Made by a program: the position numbers and the translations under genes. The notes under the pieces were generated by a model. The model had not been told where the DNA came from. It saw only the letters and a program-made list of their open reading frames with translations, and made no database searches. A stretch of DNA of 64,000 bases. Origin: Octopus bimaculoides. Lineage: Eukaryota. Where the stretch lies: the NCBI RefSeq assembly GCF_001194135.2, contig NC_068987.1, forward strand, positions 19,343,405 through 19,407,404, in the 5' to 3' direction. Shown piece by piece: positions 23,465 to 36,708 of this stretch (within the stretch, counting starts at the first letter, position 1; each line of letters starts with the position of its first letter).

Positions 23465-24417
23465 AGTAGATAACCACCATATATATAAGTAAAAATAGTG
23501 AAGATGGAGAGCTTTTTACAATGTGAAAAGGAACATGTTTAATAACCTTTATATATTTCAGGTGCAAAGGCCCGTAATCAGAAGTAGACAATCAAGAAAT
23601 ATTAATCTACACTATACCAACCAACATGGAAAAGCTATTCTTGCCATTTAATAATGCACAAAACAGTTTAAATTCACTTTTAAATTATTTTACGAAGTGT
23701 TAAAATTTCACACACACAACTGTGGCCTGGACACTGACATAGTTCTGGAACTAGTTGTGCAATATAAAGTGTGACAGCTTGTGAAATAAATTTAAAGAAA
23801 AATTTAATAGTTTTGTGTGTTATTAATCAGCTGGAATGACTCTTCCGTTTCTATGTTGTAACTGCTGTTGTGAAAAATTTTTTTCAGGAAAGGTATAGCT
23901 ATTATTTATGTATCTCATGACTTCTACATAGAAAACAATGACGCCAGCTTTACATTTTTAAGACGCATTAAGTTAGCTAAGCTTGGGTGCTCACAGCAAA
24001 AAAAAAAAACACAGAAATAAAAACAAAAAATAATTCCACTTCTCTCAAGTTTTCTCTTGAGTTCAGCCATTAGTTTGAATAACAATGACTTGATTTCTTC
24101 TGCTCTATAGTCTTTGAGAATGTGTTGGAGCAAAAAGAAATAGGTATTTAACAATTTACAGGCATTTCCTTCGTCTACAAAGCACTTTCATAATTTCCTG
24201 TGGCCCTCCACCTTACCTAGACTGAGAATAACATTTTATCTACTATCTTTTACTTGTTTCAGTCACTAGACAGTGACCATACTGGAGCACCACTTTGAAG
24301 GGTGTAGCTGAAAAAAACAAATTGATTCCGGTACTCCTTTTTTCTAAGCCTGGTATCTTATTTCATCAATCTCGCTTTGCCAAACTGCTAAGTTATAAAG
24401 GTGTAAACAAACCAGCA

Positions 24418-24623
24418 CCTTTAAACTGGTCATATCTGGCCCAAATATTCTGTTTTATCTTGAAGCTGACCAGGTATGGCCTCTCACACCAACCCTACAA
24501 TGTCATTCTAAAAATATACAACCACATCATCAAAATCTCAGTTACAAAATGAGGATTAATTCAAAACAATGTGGCTAAATAAGTAATGTATTTGACAGAG
24601 TAATCTGAATGTTGAAGGGTTAA
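24418..24623. mobile_element. piggyBac-like MITE copy (partial)
   Basis: Reverse-complement match to 57137-57365; ends ...gaagggttaa. Confidence 0.65.
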
Positions 24624-24750
24624 ATACTCCCTCCAACACTCCAAAAAACAAACATTTTATTGACTAAAATCTTGCATCATCTTTCACATAATAATCTTTT
24701 CCAATATAGGTGCAAGTCAATTACATTGACTCCAATGCTCAACTGGTACT

Positions 24751-24944
24751 TACTCTTTTACTTGTTTCAGTCATTTGACTGCGGCCATGCTGGAGCACCG
24801 CCTTTAGTCGAGCAAATCGACCCCAGGACTTATTCTTTGGAAGCCTAGTACTTATTCTATCAGTCTCTTTTGCCGAACCGCCAAGTTACAGGGACATAAA
24901 CACACCAGCATCGGTTGTCAAGCGATGGTGTGGGGACAAACACA

Positions 24945-24979
<35 letters not shown>

Positions 24980-25136
24980 GACGGGTTTCTTTCAGTTTCC
25001 GTCTACCAAATCCACTCACAAGGCTTTGGTCGGCCCGAGGCTATAGTAGAAGACACTTGCCCAAGGTGCCACGCAGTGGGAATGAACCCGGAACCATGTG
25101 GTTGGTAAGCAAGCTACTTACCACACACCCACTCCT
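24751..25136 (-). mobile_element. SINE family B
   Basis: Full-length reverse-complement match. Confidence 0.9.
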
Positions 25137-25619
25137 AGATCCCGAAAGGACGAAAGGTAAAGTGAGCCTCAGAACTTAACGAATGAAACGCCACTAAGCA
25201 TTTTGTTTGGTGTACTAACAATTTTGCCGGTTCACAGGCTTCATCTTTTTATGTAATAATGAGCTTACAATTTTTAATATGAACAGCAATTAACCAGCAG
25301 TTGTTGCAGAACATCAATTGCATTGATTTTGCAGTCACAGAATGGCTTGTGAAGACCACAGGCACAGTTTTTTTTTCTACAGACAAAAGCATTATGAAAA
25401 TAGAAAAATTTCAACATTGACAGGTTCAAGCAGGTTTCAAACATTGGATGAAGGGTGGTATTTAATTATGTTGCTGTCAAGAAGGATAACATGAGGACAA
25501 TGTTTTAAAATCTTAACTATCAAAATAACATCATTGTAATACAGATGAGCCGAGAAGGGAGTCTCTGTGTAATTGTGTGACATGCTAGAAATAGTAACTA
25601 AATCTCTCTCAAATTATAA

Positions 25620-26011
25620 CTCTTTTACTTGTTTCAGTCATCTGACTGCGGCCATGCTAGAGCACTGCCTTTAGTCGAGCAAATCGACCCAAGGACTTAT
25701 TCTTTCGAAGCCCAGTACTTATTCTATCGGTCTCTTTTGCCGAACCGCTAAGTTATGGGGACGTAAACACACCACCATCGGTTGTCAAGCGATGGTGGGG
25801 GAACAAACACAGACACACAAACATATATATATATATACACACATATACGACGGGCTTCTTTCAGTTTCCGTCTACCAAATCCACTCACAAGGCTTTGGTC
25901 GGCCCGAGGCTATAGTAGAAGACACTTGCCCAAGGTGCCACGCAGTGAGACTGAACCCGGAACCATGTGGTTGGTAAGCAAGCTACTTACCACACAGCCA
26001 CTCCTGCGCCT
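25620..26011 (-). mobile_element. SINE family B
   Basis: Full-length reverse-complement match. Confidence 0.9.
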
Positions 26012-27556
26012 ATAAATTAAATTTTGGTTAATGTAAGTCTTAGAATCAATGTTTGAAAACAAGATGGGATGGCCATGGCGGAAATGCCATTGATTATAAG
26101 CCTGCTTGATTAGAGCTAAACCTGGAGTGAATAACAATGACAGTAACAGCAACTTCTAAAACAGCCAAAGCTAGAAGCATCATGTCTATGCTTCACATAA
26201 TTGATTTTTGTCATGATGATGACGATGAAGAAGGTGATGACGGTGATGATGATATTTATGTCAGGGTTTTAAAAGACAGCTACACTGTATCCCTGTATGT
26301 TGTAAGAGATAACAAAAGTGGTTGGCATTAGCAACAGTATATGGCTTAAAAAAAAAAAAAAAAAGTTTCATTTCATCCATGTCAGAAAGGAGAAGCAGAT
26401 GTAAAAATGATGAAAATGAGGAGGATGGTGATGCTACTGCTGCTGCTCTACATATATATTCAGTCAAAAACTAACAATAAATACAGGAAAGTTTGTACAC
26501 ATTAATACATTTAGTTGTGAGGAATTAAGAAATTTGAGGTTTTGGACTAAGATCTTTCAATGGAGATCACCATCACTTTTTACATCCACTTTCCATGCCG
26601 GCATGGGTTAGATGGGCTGTCATGGTCCTGAGTCATTGCTCCCATAGACTGGGGCTCAATGTGTTGTTTGGTTTAGTTTCTATGACTGGATGCCCTTCCA
26701 CTTGCCAACCACTTTAGTGTGTCAGGTGCATTTTCTCATGGCATCACAACACGAGGAAACTTGAAAAGTCCTTGGCAAGACAAGACTACAGGAGCCTCAC
26801 AACCCTATGGCTTCTCTGCTCATTTGTGGTCAAGAAATAATTACTTGACATCACAGTAATTACACCCATTACCACTTTTCAAACCCACCTGGATTTATTA
26901 TTCCTATTGTTTTACTGGCATTCCGTCGGTTACGACAAGGGTTCCAGTTGATCCGATCAACGGAACAGCCTGCTTGTGAAAGGGGCAGAATTTTCTTACT
27001 TGGTTGGTGACAACAAGGGCAATGTGCAAGTGAGTGAGCACCCCACAAACATGTGTACCCTTAACACAGTTCTTGGGGAAATTCAACATGACAAAGAGTG
27101 TGGCTAGGCTGGGTCCTTTGAAATAAAGTGTATTGCTCAAGGACACAATGTGTTGCTGGGAACTGAGCCCATGGCCTAATGATCATGAGCCAAATACCTT
27201 AACCACTGGGCAACATAGACACTCACCAATTTCCTTGTGTCTCAGATTTTTTACTTCCGCATATCCCAGGGCTTCCTTCAGTCAGGAATAATCGTAAGCT
27301 TCTACAATCGGAAAGTTTTTCTCCAAGATGCAAACCCAGGTAAAATTTTATTTTGTGGAAGACTAGTGACAGCTTGCATGCAAGTCTTTGGAAGACTAGC
27401 AACAGGTTGCATGTAAATAAGCAAGTTTTCTCTCTGCATGTCTAAGGGAAAAATCAAAAGCCAATACGGCTCAGCACCAGAATTGTTGTAGGGAATGCTA
27501 TCAGAACACAAACAGCTAGAAGAGATCCCACAAGGTATTCAGTTTGATACTCGTAA

Positions 27557-27985
27557 CATCATCATCATCATCGTTTAACGTCCGCTTTCCATGCTAGCAT
27601 GGGTTGGACGATTTGACTGAGGACTGGTGAACCAGATGGCTACACCAGGCTCCAATCTGATCTGGCAGAGTTTCTACAGCTGGATGCCCTTCCTAACGCC
27701 AACCACTCCGAGAGTGTAGTGGGTGCTTTTACGTGCCACCGGCACAAAGGCCAGTCAGGTGGTACTGGCAACGGCCATGCTCAAAATGGTGTATTTTATG
27801 TGCCATCTGCACAGGAGCCAGTCCAGCGGCACTGGCAACGATCTCGCTCGAATGTCTTTACACGTGCCAGGAAGGTGATACTGGCCACAGGTGCCATCAC
27901 GATTTCGCTTTCGCTTGCCCCAACAGGACTTCGGAAGCCGAGTTTTGTGTCCATTGAAGGAGACGACGTTGGCATGGGTGCCAGC
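27557..27985 (-). mobile_element. RTE LINE 3'-UTR unit with tandem subrepeats and (GAT)n tail
   Basis: Same tail sequence as follows the RTE ORF at 47895-48672. Confidence 0.8.
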
Positions 27986-28422
27986 AGTTTCACCAATTCA
28001 TGTTTGTTTTTTTTTTTATAAATTAACCCCCGAAAGGGTGGAAGGTAACATTGACCTCAGTGGGATTTGAACACAGAATGCAGAAAATCAGTATAAATAC
28101 CGCGAAACACTGTATCTGATGCTTTAAACAACATGCCACCACTACAAGAAAAGTTTGGAATCAATAACAGCTTTGGCTGAATCTGACACAAAGAATCTTG
28201 ACACTCCAACAAAAGCTGCTCACTAATGAGGTCAATTCAAAGCCAACTGACAACCTCAAAATAATTTACAAAATCAGAATATCTATTTATCAGGGAAATG
28301 CCGCCTGGGTAGGCAGTACCTACCCTGAATAAAACAGATCAATAGTAATATTTTCCTTTTATGGCAAAATATGCAGCTAATTCAATAAAATTATGAAGGT
28401 TACTCTGATTACTGTGCATAAA

Positions 28423-28786
28423 CTCTTTTACTTGTTTCAGTCATTAGACTGCGGCCATGCTGGAGCACCGCCTTTAGTCAAGCAAATTGACCCCGGAACT
28501 TATTCTTTGTAAGCCTAGTGCTTATTCTATTGGTCTCATTTGCCAAACTGCTAAGTTATGCAAACACTGACAAGTGGTGGTGGTGGTGGTGGTGGGAACA
28601 AATTCAGACACAAAGCAACACACACACAAGACAGGCATCTTTCAGTTTCCACCTACCAAATCCACTCACAAGGCTTTGGTCAGCTTGAGGCTATAGTAGA
28701 AGACACTTGCCCAAGGTGCTACACAGTGGGACTGAACCTAGAACCATGTGGTTGGGAAACAAGCTTCTTACCACACAACCACGCCT
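28423..28786 (-). mobile_element. SINE family B (diverged)
   Basis: Reverse-complement match. Confidence 0.8.
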
Positions 28787-29340
28787 AAATCTTTTTTTTT
28801 TTTTTAATGGGTTAGTCAGAGGAAGAAAAGCAGTGTCCCTGATATTAGCAGAAGCCCTGAGACAGTTGTGGAATATGGAGAGAGAGAGAGAGAAAGAAAC
28901 TACAATTCATGGGCTGCTGTAGTGGGAAGCAGTAATTACAAGATATTGAGTTAACCTCAGACTAGGGACCTCACCTGATCTCTGTCAAAAGCACCAAAGG
29001 ACCTCGTGGTAATGGTATCAGTGTTAAACTGGATCCAAATCCATGTTTAATGGGGGGTAAAAAAAATTACAAAAGTAAAATAAAGAATAAAAGCAAACAA
29101 CAGATTTGTTTTGTTTTGTTTTGTTTTTTTTTCTGTTCTTTCATGTTTTAATATGGAAGAATTAAGATTTGGTGGGTTGTAGGAGGTTGGGGGTGTTGTG
29201 TTATTAATGAAATAAAAGAATAATTGAAGGGCTTTATCAAAATTTTCATTTTCAATATAAAGCCATATTATTCTTTTAATGTACGTAAAAAAAAAAAATC
29301 CTAATGGAAATTAAAAAATAAGATAGGGATAAAAATAAAA

Positions 29341-30340
29341 TAGAATTATTCTGTACACTTTGGAAAAGAATTCTTTATTATATACAAACACACACACAGA
29401 CACACACATATACGCACATACACACACACACCTGCATATACACACAAACATACACAATACATATATATATATATATGTCCATATATGTATACATATACAC
29501 ATCTACACACATATACATACATGTATATGCACACACACACACACACATAAACATTCATACATGTACACACACACACACACATAAACATTCATACATGTAC
29601 ACACACACACACACACATAAACATTCATACATGTACACACACACACACACAGCTTTTTATTCTAATCTTAACCTCTGAATGTACAAAGGAAAGTTTAAAA
29701 AAAAAAAAAATTACATGAGAATTCTGTACAGTTTATAAAAGAATATAAGAATAAAAAAAAAAAAATTAAAAAAANNNNNNNNNNNNNNNNNNNNNNNNNN
29801 NNNNNNNNNNNNNNNNNNNNNNNNNNNNNNNNNNNNNNNNNNNNNNNNNNNNNNNNNNNNNNNNNNNNNNNNNNNNNNNNNNNNNNNNNNNNNNNNNNNN
29901 NNNNNNNNNNNNNNNNNNNNNNNNNNNNNNNNNNNNNNNNNNNNNNNNNNNNNNNNNNNNNNNNNNNNNNNNNNNNNNNNNNNNNNNNNNNNNNNNNNNN
30001 NNNNNNNNNNNNNNNNNNNNNNNNNNNNNNNNNNNNNNNNNNNNNNNNNNNNNNNNNNNNNNNNNNNNNNNNNNNNNNNNNNNNNNNNNNNNNNNNNNNN
30101 NNNNNNNNNNNNNNNNNNNNNNNNNNNNNNNNNNNNNNNNNNNNNNNNNNNNNNNNNNNNNNNNNNNNNNNNNNNNNNNNNNNNNNNNNNNNNNNNNNNN
30201 NATAGAATTATTCTGTACACTTTGGAAAAGAATTCTTTATTATATACAAACACACACACAGACACACACATATACGCACATACACACACACACCTGCATA
30301 TACACACAAACATACACAATACATATATATATATATATGT
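29341..30340. repeat. ~140-bp identical duplication (29341-29478 and 30201-30340) around an N-gap, with CA/TA minisatellite
   Basis: Identical tagaattattctgtacac...(ca)n segments on both sides of gap 29775-30200. Confidence 0.8.
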
Positions 30341-30498
30341 ATATATATATATGTAAAACCTATGAAAATATTTTACAAAAATATTGTGTAAAATTAAAAC
30401 AAGACCTGTGAAAGAAAATGAGAGACACAAAAAAAAAAAAAACGGAAACTGAGAAGAAGCCCTTTAAAATTATAATGTCATTTGTGGTTGTCGTTGAC

Positions 30499-30628
30499 TC
30501 AGCGACTTGGAGAGCCAAAAAGAGTTCTTCTGCTGCTGGGGTTACTAAGATGACTGTGTCGATGTGAAGGGGATAATGGTGACATTTCGTTTCTTGTAGT
30601 GTTGAAACATTTAACAGGACTTCGCCAA
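30499..30628 (-). CDS. ANKLE2: ANKLE2 terminal coding exon (S-WRSPVKCF...GSPSR*)
   Basis: Acceptor tttcaacag|T, phase 2; TGA at 30501-30499; the W-x-S-P motif follows the conserved C-terminal domain. Confidence 0.8.
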
Positions 30629-30679
30629 CTGTTGAAAGAAAGAAAAAGATACAATTTAACAGTATAATGGAAATGACAA

Positions 30680-31100
30680 TTATTATTATTATTATTATTA
30701 TTATTACTGAGTGAGAGAGTAGCACATGCCATCAAAGTGACACTGGGGTACAAATATACAAAGCCCAATATACCCATCATGACTACTCGTCTGATAAGGG
30801 TACACCAGGCACATGCATCACAACCATATGTGCGCGACATGGTGATCTCATATCAAGATAAACAGTGCATGACCTTGCAGTTGGGGCCCAGTTAGAATTT
30901 TCTTCAGGTTGAGTAGCCAATCCCACTCAAAAGATCCCTGAATGATGGTTGTTTAAGGATGATAAATGAAACATCCATGTTTCTAGAGGTGAATTATTCA
31001 AGCCCCAAAGAATTCCCCTCAACACATGGCTATGATGCTCCCCTACTACTCCTGCTTGTGGTCAGAGATGCACATACTGTCAGCCACTAAGGGACATGCC
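30680..31100 (-). mobile_element. Interspersed repeat (SINE-like, family D) with (AAT)n tail
   Basis: Unique-looking ~400-bp block abutting a (TTA)n tract; family assignment from recollection only. Confidence 0.4.
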
Positions 31101-31120
31101 CATATTATAATTGTTTCAAA

Positions 31121-31330
31121 TGGTGAGCAGGCAGAATCGTTAGCACATTGGGTAAAATGCTTTGAGGCATTTCGTCCAGCTTTGTGATTTGAGTTCAAAT
31201 TCTGCTGAGGTTGACTCTGCCCTTCATTCTTTCGGGGTCAATGAAATAAGTACTAGTTGAGCGCTGGGGTTAATGTAATCCACTTACCCCTCACCCTAAA
31301 TTGCTAGCCTTGTGTCAAAATTAGGAAAAG

Positions 31331-31362
<32 letters not shown>

Positions 31363-32202
31363 AAAGGGAAGCAACCTGGCAGAATTGTTAGCATGTTGGC
31401 CAAAATGCCTAGCAGCATTTCTTCTGGCTTTATATTTTGAGTTCAAATTCCACCAAGGTTGACTTTACCTTTCATCTTTTCGGGATTGATAAAACAAATA
31501 CCAGTCAAGTAAACCCCAACACCTCAAAATTTAGTGGGGGTGGGGGAGGGGGGGCAGTCAATTAGATCGACGCCAGTGTTGCACTGGCACTTAATTTCTT
31601 GACCCTGAAAGGATGAAAGGCAAAGTCAACCTTGACAGAATCTGAACTCAGAACGAAAAGATGGATAAAATACCACTAAGCATTTTGCCTGGCGTGCTAA
31701 TGGTTCTGCCAGCTCACCACCTTTATAATAATAATAATAATCCTTTCAACTAAAGGCACAAGGCTTGAACTTTGGGGGCAGGGGACTAGTTATTACATCA
31801 ACCCCAGTGTTTCACCGGTACTTAATTTATCAACTCCAAAAGGATGAAAGGCAAAGTCGACCTCGGAGGAATTCAAACTCAGAACATAGCAACAGGTGAA
31901 ATACTGCGAAGCATTTCACACGGTGTGCTAACAATTCTGCTAGCTTGTCACCTTAATAACAACAACAATAATGGTTTTCAAATTTTGGCACAAGGCCAGT
32001 AATTTCTGGGTGGGTGGGTAAATCAATTACATTGTCCTGAATGATCACCTAGTACTTATTTTATCAACTCTGAAAGGATGGAAGGCAAAGTTGACATCAG
32101 CAGAATTTGAACTCAGAACCCAAAAGATGGACCAAGTGCCACTAAGCACTTTGCCTGGTGTGCTAATGATTCTGGCAGCTTGTCACCTTAATAATAATAA
32201 GT
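31121..32202. mobile_element. Cluster of five SINE family C copies (two +, three -) in the last ANKLE2 intron
   Basis: Recurrent gagttcaaattc..ggttgactttgcctttcatcctttc core at 31121-31360(+), 31367-31515(+), 31557-31723(-), 31724-31953(-), 31954-32192(-), separated by AAT/AAC tails. Confidence 0.8.
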
Positions 32203-32269
32203 ATGATATATATTAGATGATGATGAATGACAACGGTATTGTTGATGAAGATATGAGGTCGGGGCTTAC

Positions 32270-32401
32270 CTGTGTTGCTCATCAGTTGTGAAAGATTTCA
32301 CTTTCTGAAACCACTTGTGTATGTAGGGATACGTTCGAGAGTCCAGCTCTACATCTTTAACACACCGGTAGACGTCCAGGTCCAACTTTGAGGGTTCAAA
32401 C
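32270..32401 (-). CDS. ANKLE2: ANKLE2 exon (G-FEPSKLDLDVYRCV...YPYIHKW)
   Basis: ttgtag| acceptor and AG|gtaagc donor, 132 nt; conserved G..PSKLD.DV...YP.I.KW C-terminal domain. Confidence 0.92.
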
Positions 32402-33708
32402 CTACAAACAAACACATTTTAGATCAACATTTTTCAAAAGCCACAGTATGGCCATTGGGCCTGGTAGAAATATTAACCGAATTCCCTTCCAATCATATCC
32501 TACTGTCTAATGTAAAGTAAAAATACACTGGATCATGTAGCCCTACATGTAGGTAGACTAATATCATTTAATATCTACCGAGACCTTTGGCAATATACCA
32601 TGTTTTGAGAAGACCTGTCAAGCCAAGTGAGATCGTAGTTATGGCCAATGCTGGTGTTTCATGACTGGCACCTACTACTCTCTTGGAGTGGTTGGCGTTA
32701 GGAAGGGTATTCAGCCATAGAAACTATGCCAAATCAGGCTGAAACCTGGTGCAGCTTCCCAGCTTACCATCGAACCCATGCCAGCATAGAAAACGGATGC
32801 TTTTCTGTGCTTGCATGGATTGGATGGAGTTTATTGACACATTTTCTACAGGCAGGTGTCCTGATGCCCTTCCTGTCACTAACTCTCATGTTTCCAAGCA
32901 AGGTTACTATTTCCCCTTCACCAGGCAGTTTTTAGCAGAATATTAGAAATGAATGACATTTATTTATATGTCAAGACATGAAGATACAAACATACTCACA
33001 GCCACACACATACATACGATAGGCTTCTTTCAGATTCTGCTTACCAAATCCACTCACAAGGCTTCGATCAACCTGGAGCTCTTGCAGGGCCCAATACACT
33101 TGCCCAAAGTGTCACACAGAGGGTCTGAACCTGGAACCATGTGGTTGAGAAGCAGATTTCTTTGCCACACACCCATACCTACACCTACTACCTGAAGTGG
33201 GCGAAACAAACAAAAAACCAGATGGAAAAGTTATGGTTAGAACACCTTTGATAATAAGTCTTCTGGTACAAAAGGTAAAGCTACCTTCTTGAGTCATAGC
33301 GGCTCATAAGGGCAGGTTTCCTAATTTCACTGGTCTGTTGCAGGATTATTCATTTTTGCCAGTTGAGTGGACTGGAGCAATGTGAAATGAAGTGTTTTGC
33401 TCAAGAACACAACGCGTTACTTGGTCCAGGAATTGAAACCACAATCTTACGATCATGAGTCCAACACCCCAACCACTAAGTCACATGCTTCCACTATAGG
33501 TCTTCTGGACACCATAGGGTAGATGTGGGGGTTAAACAAAGTCAGTAATGGAACACTGAGAGCAGTATAGGGAGATAAGTGGAAAATTTGTGTGTGTGAG
33601 AGAGAGAGAGATATAAGAGAAAGAAATGAGAAAGAAAAAGAGGAAGAGATAGATGGATAGATAAATAGATAGAGAGAGGTCAAAAGATCAAGCAGCAGAA
33701 TTACTTAC

Positions 33709-34572
33709 CCATTAAGGTATATATTTATGACAGATTTTGACTTTGGTGGTGAGCGAGCTGGTTTGGCTGGGACATCTATGTTGAGGCCAGTTGGTGAGGA
33801 GACATTTAAAAGGACGGTATCGGAGGGCAAGGTAACATTGTCTTTCGTTGGCGTTGATGGTGATAGGGGACAAGCACTGGTTTTAGCTAAAGACACAGTG
33901 ATAGGCTGTTTGTCGTGGACAGTGCCGAACACATCGCTAAGATTTGAAAATGTGGTGTAGATGGAATGATGGTGATCGTCTTTTGTGTCGACAACGTCCA
34001 TCCACGCAGTATTGCTAGTTACAGAACCATCAGTATCTTGGCTGCTGCCAACGATGACCAGTTTGGTGCCAAACTCTTTGGCAAGTGAGTCCATAATCTC
34101 ATTGAAGTCTTTCATGCCTGATATTTTTTTATGACTTTTAAAATGCTTGTTGATTGAGATGAACATTTTGCTTGTCTGGCCTTCTTTCACCTGCTCTTCC
34201 TCTTCTTTTTCCTTTTCGGTTACAACTGGCACAGAATTATTTTGATCAAAATTATCTTCCTGCTTTTTACTTTGCTGCTGACTTGTGGGGGAATCACTAG
34301 AAATTAGCGACTGGCCAAAACCAGAAACATTTTTGTTGCTGTCAACGGTAAACATGTTCTTGAGTGATTTTATTGACTCAATGGTTTTCTGTGAAGTGAT
34401 GTTTTCAGTTACATGAAGAGCCTCCAGACTGCGGTGAACATTGAATGTTAAGAACTGGTTTTGGAGGTAGGTCTCGAACTTCTCAAGCCCTTCAGGTTTA
34501 GAAATATCAGTGTAAATACCCAAAAAGTCCCAATATTCTCGCCACCCGAATTTGTATTTTTGAGCAAGTTGT
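33709..34572 (-). CDS. ANKLE2: ANKLE2 large exon (R-QLAQKYKFGWREYWDFLG...IYLNG)
   Basis: tttctttccacag| and GG|gtaagt, 864 nt open; conserved W.EYW.FL motif followed by a Ser/Thr-rich linker. Confidence 0.93.
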
Positions 34573-36708
34573 CTGTGGAAAGAAAAAGAATGACACAAAA
34601 ATTTTTTTTTTTTTAAAAGTGATTAAACACTTAAATTCATAATTATTATCAGAAAAATATAATTCAATAAACAAGAGTTATAGAAAAAATAAAATAATAC
34701 TAGTAAAGATAAACTGAACTACAAAACCTCATCTCTGCCACTCCATTCAATGCCAAATCATGCAAAGGGTATGTAAACGACCGTGTGAAGTGAGGTGACG
34801 AGAATGGCTCCTTTGCACATCACATGGTCGATACAATAAATATGAAAAGAATAAATGCCAGAAGGAAAAGAGAGACACAAACGGGGTACAATGTTTAAGA
34901 GAAGATTTTATTTATATGTCAACATGTGTGTGCATCATATATACATAATAATAGACAGGCCATCATGAGAACAAAGTGTGTGTGTACAATTTGAAAAATA
35001 GGGCAGATTCCCCCCCCCCCCCACTTATTTTGTGATTTAGGTGGGATTTTTGAAAAACAAGGAATTCACGGCAGTGTTCAGCGAACAAATTAAACACTAC
35101 CTGGCAGTGGCTAAAAGACAAACTGATCAAGTTTATGTATAAATTTTCTTTTTATATGTTCGTTTCCATTTACACAATATTAAAACAATGGCTAAAAATT
35201 TTCTGAAGCAGCACCCCCGCCACTAATTTTATCTACAAGCTGCCACTGCTCCTCAGTATAATAATTAAAAGGGTTGAAGCCAGATGAATATGGAGACTAT
35301 TGTGTCCAGTAACTTCTTATGCAAATCAATAAGAGAGCTTGTATGTGCTGGCCTAAATTGCAAGAAATAGCAGCCAAATCCTCAAACCACACTACTAAGA
35401 TTAAAAAGAAAAAAAAAACAAAAAACAAGACATATTGAATACTATAGTTCTGAACAAACAAAGACATGTTGGCCATGGTTAGAATGTCTTTGATCACAGA
35501 GCTGTTGAATTAGGATGTACTTGAGCTAACAACAATCACCAGCCGCAGTAGGACCACTACCACAACCGCCTTATAATTTTGTCTTTTGACAATTAAAATA
35601 ATAAAAACGTTTCATATGCTTTTGTCTAATGAATTATAATTACTGTATTTACATTGTTCAATGGTCAGTGTTCCCCTTTTGAAAGACAACAGTATTAATT
35701 GAAGGAAATCCGGCTGTTATTTCTAGCAAGTCAAGCAACCAAATAAATGCCCCCTCACTGGTTTGTGCAAAAACTCTGCGTATATTAAGAAGTGTTTGAG
35801 TGCACAAACTTCTCTATTAACCACTGAAATCATCGAAAGAGCATTACTAAAAACTTTCTGTTCATATAGTATCTATGTAACAAGATGGCACTGTGAAGCA
35901 TATTTCACTTCAAATAAGCTACACAAAACAAAGGATTTAAAATTACTGCTGCAAGCTAATTAATTAGTATTCTCTCCTACTGCTCACAGTGGTGAGCAGT
36001 ACCAAGCAATTTAATTAATTTACATCTAAGTAAGCTGAGCCATTTAAGAGTGCAGCGTCTTGACAACAGACAACATGACCTATCACATCAGTAATAACGA
36101 AAGAGGAATCCAACAATAGCATAATAGATAAGAATGTGGCTATGTGGTAAAGAAGCTACCCTTCGCATCTGTGGTGTTCCAGCTTTGGCATTTGCTCCCT
36201 AATCGAAACTTGATTCGTTCTTTGCCATAGCTTCATATTGCTTATGTGTTCAGACCATCTGATTTTAAGTATACTACGCAAGCACCTGTTGATGAATGAT
36301 TGTATTTGCTTATTTGACTCAACTGTTGTTCGCTATGTCTCAGCCCCATACAATAACACCACTTTTACGCTAGTCTTAAAAATTCTTATTTTGTTCTTTG
36401 TTGAAATTACACTTGCGCTCCATACTTTTTTCTAGTACTGTGGGAGGAAATATTACCTTACTTGGAAGCAGGTAAGGGTTGGCTGGAAGATAACTAGGGT
36501 GTAGCCAATTTGCCTCGATACACTGTCCAACCCACGCAAGCATTGGAAAGTGGACATTTAAAACAACAATGATGATATATATATATATATATACACACAC
36601 ACATACATACACACATTCATATAAGATATAAGTAGCAAGAAAGAGAGAGAGAGAGATAAGGAGAGGGAGAGTGAGAGACAGAAAAAGTAGATGAAAAAAG
36701 ATAGTTAC

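Noticed and set aside
29311-29678. ORFs rich in YI/CV/HT repeats (also 63518-63994 and many SINE-derived ORFs ending HSQGFGRPEAIVEDTCPR)
   Set aside because: These are translations of TA/CA microsatellites or of non-coding SINE bodies repeated many times.
31121-32202. Repeat-spacer-like periodicity that might suggest a CRISPR array
   Set aside because: Units are 170-240-bp diverged SINE copies in a eukaryotic intron, with no short identical repeats and no cas genes.
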